Shown here one piece after another: positions 59,746 to 64,000 of a stretch of 64,000 bases of DNA. This DNA is from Microbotryum violaceum. Lineage: Eukaryota. How positions within the stretch are numbered: the stretch's first letter is position 1; every line of letters starts with the position of its first letter. The stretch lies in contig CDLV01000006.1 of the NCBI GenBank assembly GCA_001244265.2, positions 1 to 64,000 on the forward strand, in the 5' to 3' direction. The notes below the pieces were generated by a model that was not told where the DNA came from, searched no databases, and worked only from the letters and a program-made list of their open reading frames with translations. The position numbers and the translations under genes are program-made.

Positions 59746-60662
59746 TTCCTCTTCACATTGTTGGCTCTCCTCATCCTCCAGATCGGAGCCTGATGTCGGA
59801 GGGGACAGCGATTGCCGCGGCCTGCGGATTCAGGGTAGCATGGAGACCTAGACATCAGAGCGCAGCCAGAGAGCGAGTCTGGCGACGGGAGTAACCAACC
59901 TGTTTGAGATTCTTGGTGCGGATGTTGCTATTGACCTTCGAGCCATGTCGGTAGCATACGCGCCTGGGTGCGGAGAGGAGAGTCGGAAGCCGCCTGCAAG
60001 GATGTAAGTCGCCGAGGCGGCGACGACCTTCGACCCAGAAGACGCTTCCTTTTTCAGCGAAGCAACCAAATACCTAAAACCGTAGGTGTAACCTTAGGTG
60101 TTCTTCTGTGTGTTTCGGCTAGTTTCGCGACGATTCATGGATGTAGGCCTGCACAGATATGTGCATATATGAGCTGGCCGATTTTTTGTTCAATCTAATA
60201 GATTGATAGTCTAATTGTATCAAGGCCCAGAGATCTCTGGACAGGTCGGAGAAGCTGCATTTAAGCCAGTAGTGTAGCCAGCATCTCCAAGTGAAGTCTT
60301 CGGAAAATTGCGACACGAAGCATAGCGATGCATGGGGTCACGGATCCGATGTTTGATTGCAGCTGCTAAACCAACGAATATTTCGACCTCGATGTGGGAG
60401 CCACGTGACAGACCTGCCTCCGGCCATTGCAACTTGAAAGAATTCTTTTACGACTCGATCGGAGCCCAATTTCAGAATTTGAAACTCCGCATCAAAAGAT
60501 CAAGTGATCGCCACTCTGCTTACTAAGCAACTGCAGTTAATCCATCTTCATAAACAATCGTCAGATTTGCCGGGGCTGGCTATGCCGTACAAGGCAATGA
60601 AAGTTGGAGTGGCTAGCGTCTACTACCCCCGCGCCTGGCAGACGCTTCCTCCGACCTGAGGC

Positions 60663-61340
60663 TCAGCCTTGAAAGAATATGAGCCGTGCGCAAATACTCA
60701 GGCCGAGGACCATCATCGAAAAGGGAACTTTGCGCTGCGGAAGAGCAGCGGCAATGTATCTGTTTTGTATATTTGTAAAGGGAGGGCAATGCCGGGCGCC
60801 GGGTGAGATTAATCCGGATTCGCCGAGTACCGAAGCGAGCAACTTGAGAGAGAGCCCCGGTCCTCGGATGAAATGAAAAACGAAAGAGACGTACGAGTCA
60901 TTTGGTCCACTCACTACTGTTCCGGTGGCTCCAGGGGCGACAGCCGTGAAAGCGGTGTTGCTGAACTCTGCCGGGGTGGTAGCGGTGATCGGACGACTCA
61001 AGTTCGACGTTGTCGTCGCTGCGGCGACTGGTGCCGACAGAGCGGACGCTGAGGTGCCGTTCACCAGTGTAGCTGTCGATAGGGATGTCAAGCTGACTGT
61101 AGAAAAACCTGTGCTCGCTACCCTTGCCAAAGTGGTTTCGGTAATGTTCCCGCTAGCCGACATCACCGTGCCATTCGTCACCGTTTGGCCCCAAGCGCCG
61201 AGTGAGAGGCTAGTACCCCACATGACAAGCACCTGCCAGTGAGTGACTCGCAGACCGGTGTCAGTGTTCCCGTACAGCCGGAATCCGAAAACGTGAGGAC
61301 AGGCTCTTTACTCACTGACAGGTACCGCATATCAGCATCG
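60663..61340 (-). CDS. Small secreted Ser/Thr-rich, probably GPI-anchored protein (start exon uncertain)
   Basis: Hydrophobic N-terminal stretch, S/T/A-rich body with N-glycosylation sequons, GTACGT..CAG intron joining PNDS-YIAAA, hydrophobic C-terminus. Confidence 0.6.
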
Positions 61341-62045
61341 CTGTGAACAATCAGAGGTCAACTCGAACGTTGCGCAAGCGGCGGTGCAGGGTCCACTTGT
61401 CCCCGAGGGAGCCGCTGGGAGCCGTGCAGGGTCGGCAGTGCGTCAACTGGTGCCGGTCACGGCCGTCCGCTCTGCGTCAGCTGAGGCTGTCGTGTCACGT
61501 GGCCCAACACGTGGCGCGTAGTGGGGCGCCGTCAAGGCCGTCAGGCAGCACTACACTACCGGGAAAAGGATCGAATCTCTCGAAAAAATAGGGAGAGAAG
61601 CCGAACGAACCAAGAAGGAAACTCGGACTCACTGCAGCGGAGCGCAAACTTAGGGCAAGCTTGAAAGCAGGCAAAAGCGCGCTCTCGAGAGCCCTCGAGA
61701 TCTCGACACCCAAAGGACCGGGCACACAATGAGAGATACCTCTATGCTTTTTGGATCTAGTCAATTTAGCTTGGACCGACTCTGCGACGACGTTTTGGGC
61801 AACAAGCAACGGGCGGTTGTCCTGCTGTTACAGCAATGAATGGATGTTCGTTCCTTTGCTCACCTTCGTATTGTGTTCTTTTACCTCTGCTCAATCCAAC
61901 TCTCTTGCTATTTGAATTTCATCATCCCGTTGATTTTACGGGTTCCCACTGGTCTACGAAAAAAAAAGGGGGGGGGGGGGGGGGGGCGCGTAGAGGCCGC
62001 GACGCGTAACGAGGCGGTTCAATTTCATGCGCTGGCGGCTCCTAT

Positions 62046-63207
62046 CTAGTACTCGACTTCTTCCTCGCCGCGCTCCACCGACCCAACCCTGGGCCGTAGC
62101 GCGTCAACTACCGGCGACCGGTCCCTGCTGACGTCATTGACTTGCACCTCGTTGTCGCCACTGCCGATGAGCTCTTGTCCAGCCGAGATTTGATCTTGAG
62201 AGGTTTGCTCAGCTTGGTCTTTAACCTCTTCAACGTTCTCTTGTAGCCGTAACGCCTTTTTCTTCATCTCGTCAATGTTGCCCTTTTCCATGCGGCTGTG
62301 TGCGAGCCATTCTGACTCTGCTTTCTTGATGCGGCGCGCGACATCCGCGACTTGATCATCCAGCTCGTTCTCTTGGCACTTCAGGAGGCGGAATGGCAGG
62401 TAGAAGATGGGTCGTTGTCTGTCTTGAGATACTATATGCTGTGATGAAAGAAGCTGGGCCGTATTGGGGAAAGACACCATATCGGAAGGTCCTGGCCGAT
62501 TGGACTTCGAGGGCGCGGCGTATAAAAACTCGGCTAGGTCGAGCTCGATTTCGTGTTGGGTTTGCATCTGGAAAATTCGAGACAAGACGTGAGGACCGTC
62601 ACCACCAGGGGCCATCCGGTACGAAGAGCGTTGTCGAAAGGAAAGGACTGACCGTTGCCTCCCACCTGGCTAGCTCCTCCTCCTTCAGCGAAATCGCGAG
62701 TACCAGGTCTCTCGCCTCTTTCGATCGATCTCGCTGGTCCATCATATGCTTCCTTTCGTCATGCAACTTTCTGTAAAGCTTATCCTCAAGTTGTTGTCTC
62801 TTCTTGGCCGCTTCGGATGTTTTGCTCGTGCCAGCTTGCTTCAGGGTATTCTGCAAGAGACCAAAAAATCGACGTCCTCGCTTCTGACTCTCGTCCGCGA
62901 CAATGCCAGATGCCTTTCGTTTTCTTGAAGCGAGTTCGTCTTGAGATTCTGTCAGCGCACGACCATTCTTGGCCCCGTCTTCTGAATGGATGTGGTGTGG
63001 GAGAGGGTTTGTCGCGGTTTCCGTCGCTGGCAAGTCGACTCCGCTGGCAGAGGCAACGGCTACAGAAAGTGCCCCGGGAGAGAGGGTGTTGGTGGAGGCC
63101 TGTTCTATAATGGTGCCTCCCGGAGATCCCGCTTCGTCCATGCTGTCATAAAGTGATCCTTGGCTGGGGCAGTCGACCGTGGCTTCCTTCAGGTCTGTTG
63201 TCGTCAT
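62046..63207 (-). CDS. Pinin/SDK/memA-domain protein (intron 62568-62652)
   Basis: KRGRRFFGLLQNTL, a coiled coil and PIFYLPFRL match Pinin motifs. A phase-0 GTCAGT..CAG intron joins the two ORFs in frame. Confidence 0.75.
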
Positions 63208-64000
63208 CGGCGATCGAAAATCTGGTGTGTATGGGTGCACAGCGTTAAGCTGACAAGGGTGTTCGAGAGCTACTGTGTCGCGCTGTGATAACAATGAAAG
63301 CGCAGTCGGACGTGCGATAATGCGACTTGAAGCGATAGATGAAGCCCCAAGCGCAAGATGGGCGCCATCTACGGGCCCTGCGAGGACTGGCGACGACGGG
63401 CGAAGACCAGCGACAAGGACAAATTAAATACGGCCCAAATACGGCCATTATAGGACCCCAGAAAGCCCAGCCAGAGGCGCATGTGGAAAAACGCACTTTT
63501 TTGGCCTTTTTGTCAATGTTTTTTACACTATTTTGGCCCTAAAATGTCAAAATTTCACATGCACCTCGAAAGTATTATCAAAATCCCTGAAGCTCTTAAG
63601 AGCTGAAGGTTTGTTCCACAAAAATTCGGCGGCGCGAGCTTGGGAAATTGACGACGATCTAAACGCCGGGGCCCTACGGGAAATTCACGCAACCGCAGTT
63701 GACCGCGGTTGGACGATTGCGCCGAAGTTAACCGCAGTTCAACCGCGGGCATCGCGCCGACCGCGATGCCCGCGGTTACGCGGATTACCAACTGCACGAG
63801 GTCGCCAACTTGGGAATGCTCCGTTACGCCCTGCAATTCTCAGTTGGCTCGTAGACTAAGGAGAACAGCCTGACTTTGAGACCTTATCTAGTGCAGTAGA
63901 CAACTCGTGATATAGTCTCGAGTGGTGCTCTAATTAAATACATCAACCTAAGAATGTGTAACATCTCCAGATTCAGATGTGGTGGTCTTGGAACTGGACA

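Noticed and set aside
62046..63207. Functional link between the Pinin-like splicing factor and the intron-bearing LTRs
   Set aside because: Proximity is the only evidence; this is an ordinary host gene outside the TE nest.
63690..63800. Clustered ACCGC(A/G)G motifs near the window end
   Set aside because: They may be subterminal repeats of an element, but no partner end or TSD is visible in the window.

Overview
This is a eukaryotic, intron-rich fungal window (basidiomycete-like by inference). About 1-58 kb is a nest of transposons. It holds at least three Ty1/Copia families plus two further LTR types (1-34.4 kb and 48.3 kb), Ty3/Gypsy and chromovirus debris, and a Helitron 3' end. It also holds an intron-containing tRNA-Gly(CCC) gene followed by a head-to-tail stack of L1-type non-LTR retrotransposons (35.9-49.8 kb), and a 20-bp-TIR DNA element. 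Three host genes follow (FAF1/C1orf131-like, a Ser/Thr-rich GPI-type protein, Pinin-like). Four signals stand out. (1) LTRs of four families with different repeat sequences end in 68-78 nt repeat units that read as perfect back-to-back spliceosomal introns, and removing one regenerates the LTR end/PBS junction. (2) A 106-nt, highly conserved, structured GT..AG segment sits in the Copia integrase-RT linker, with its donor base-paired to its branch region. (3) The LINEs appear stacked at one site just upstream of a tRNA gene. (4) The half-tRNA primer site is bipartite and mimics the tRNA CCA end. All calls were made by eye from the sequence; no database search was run.
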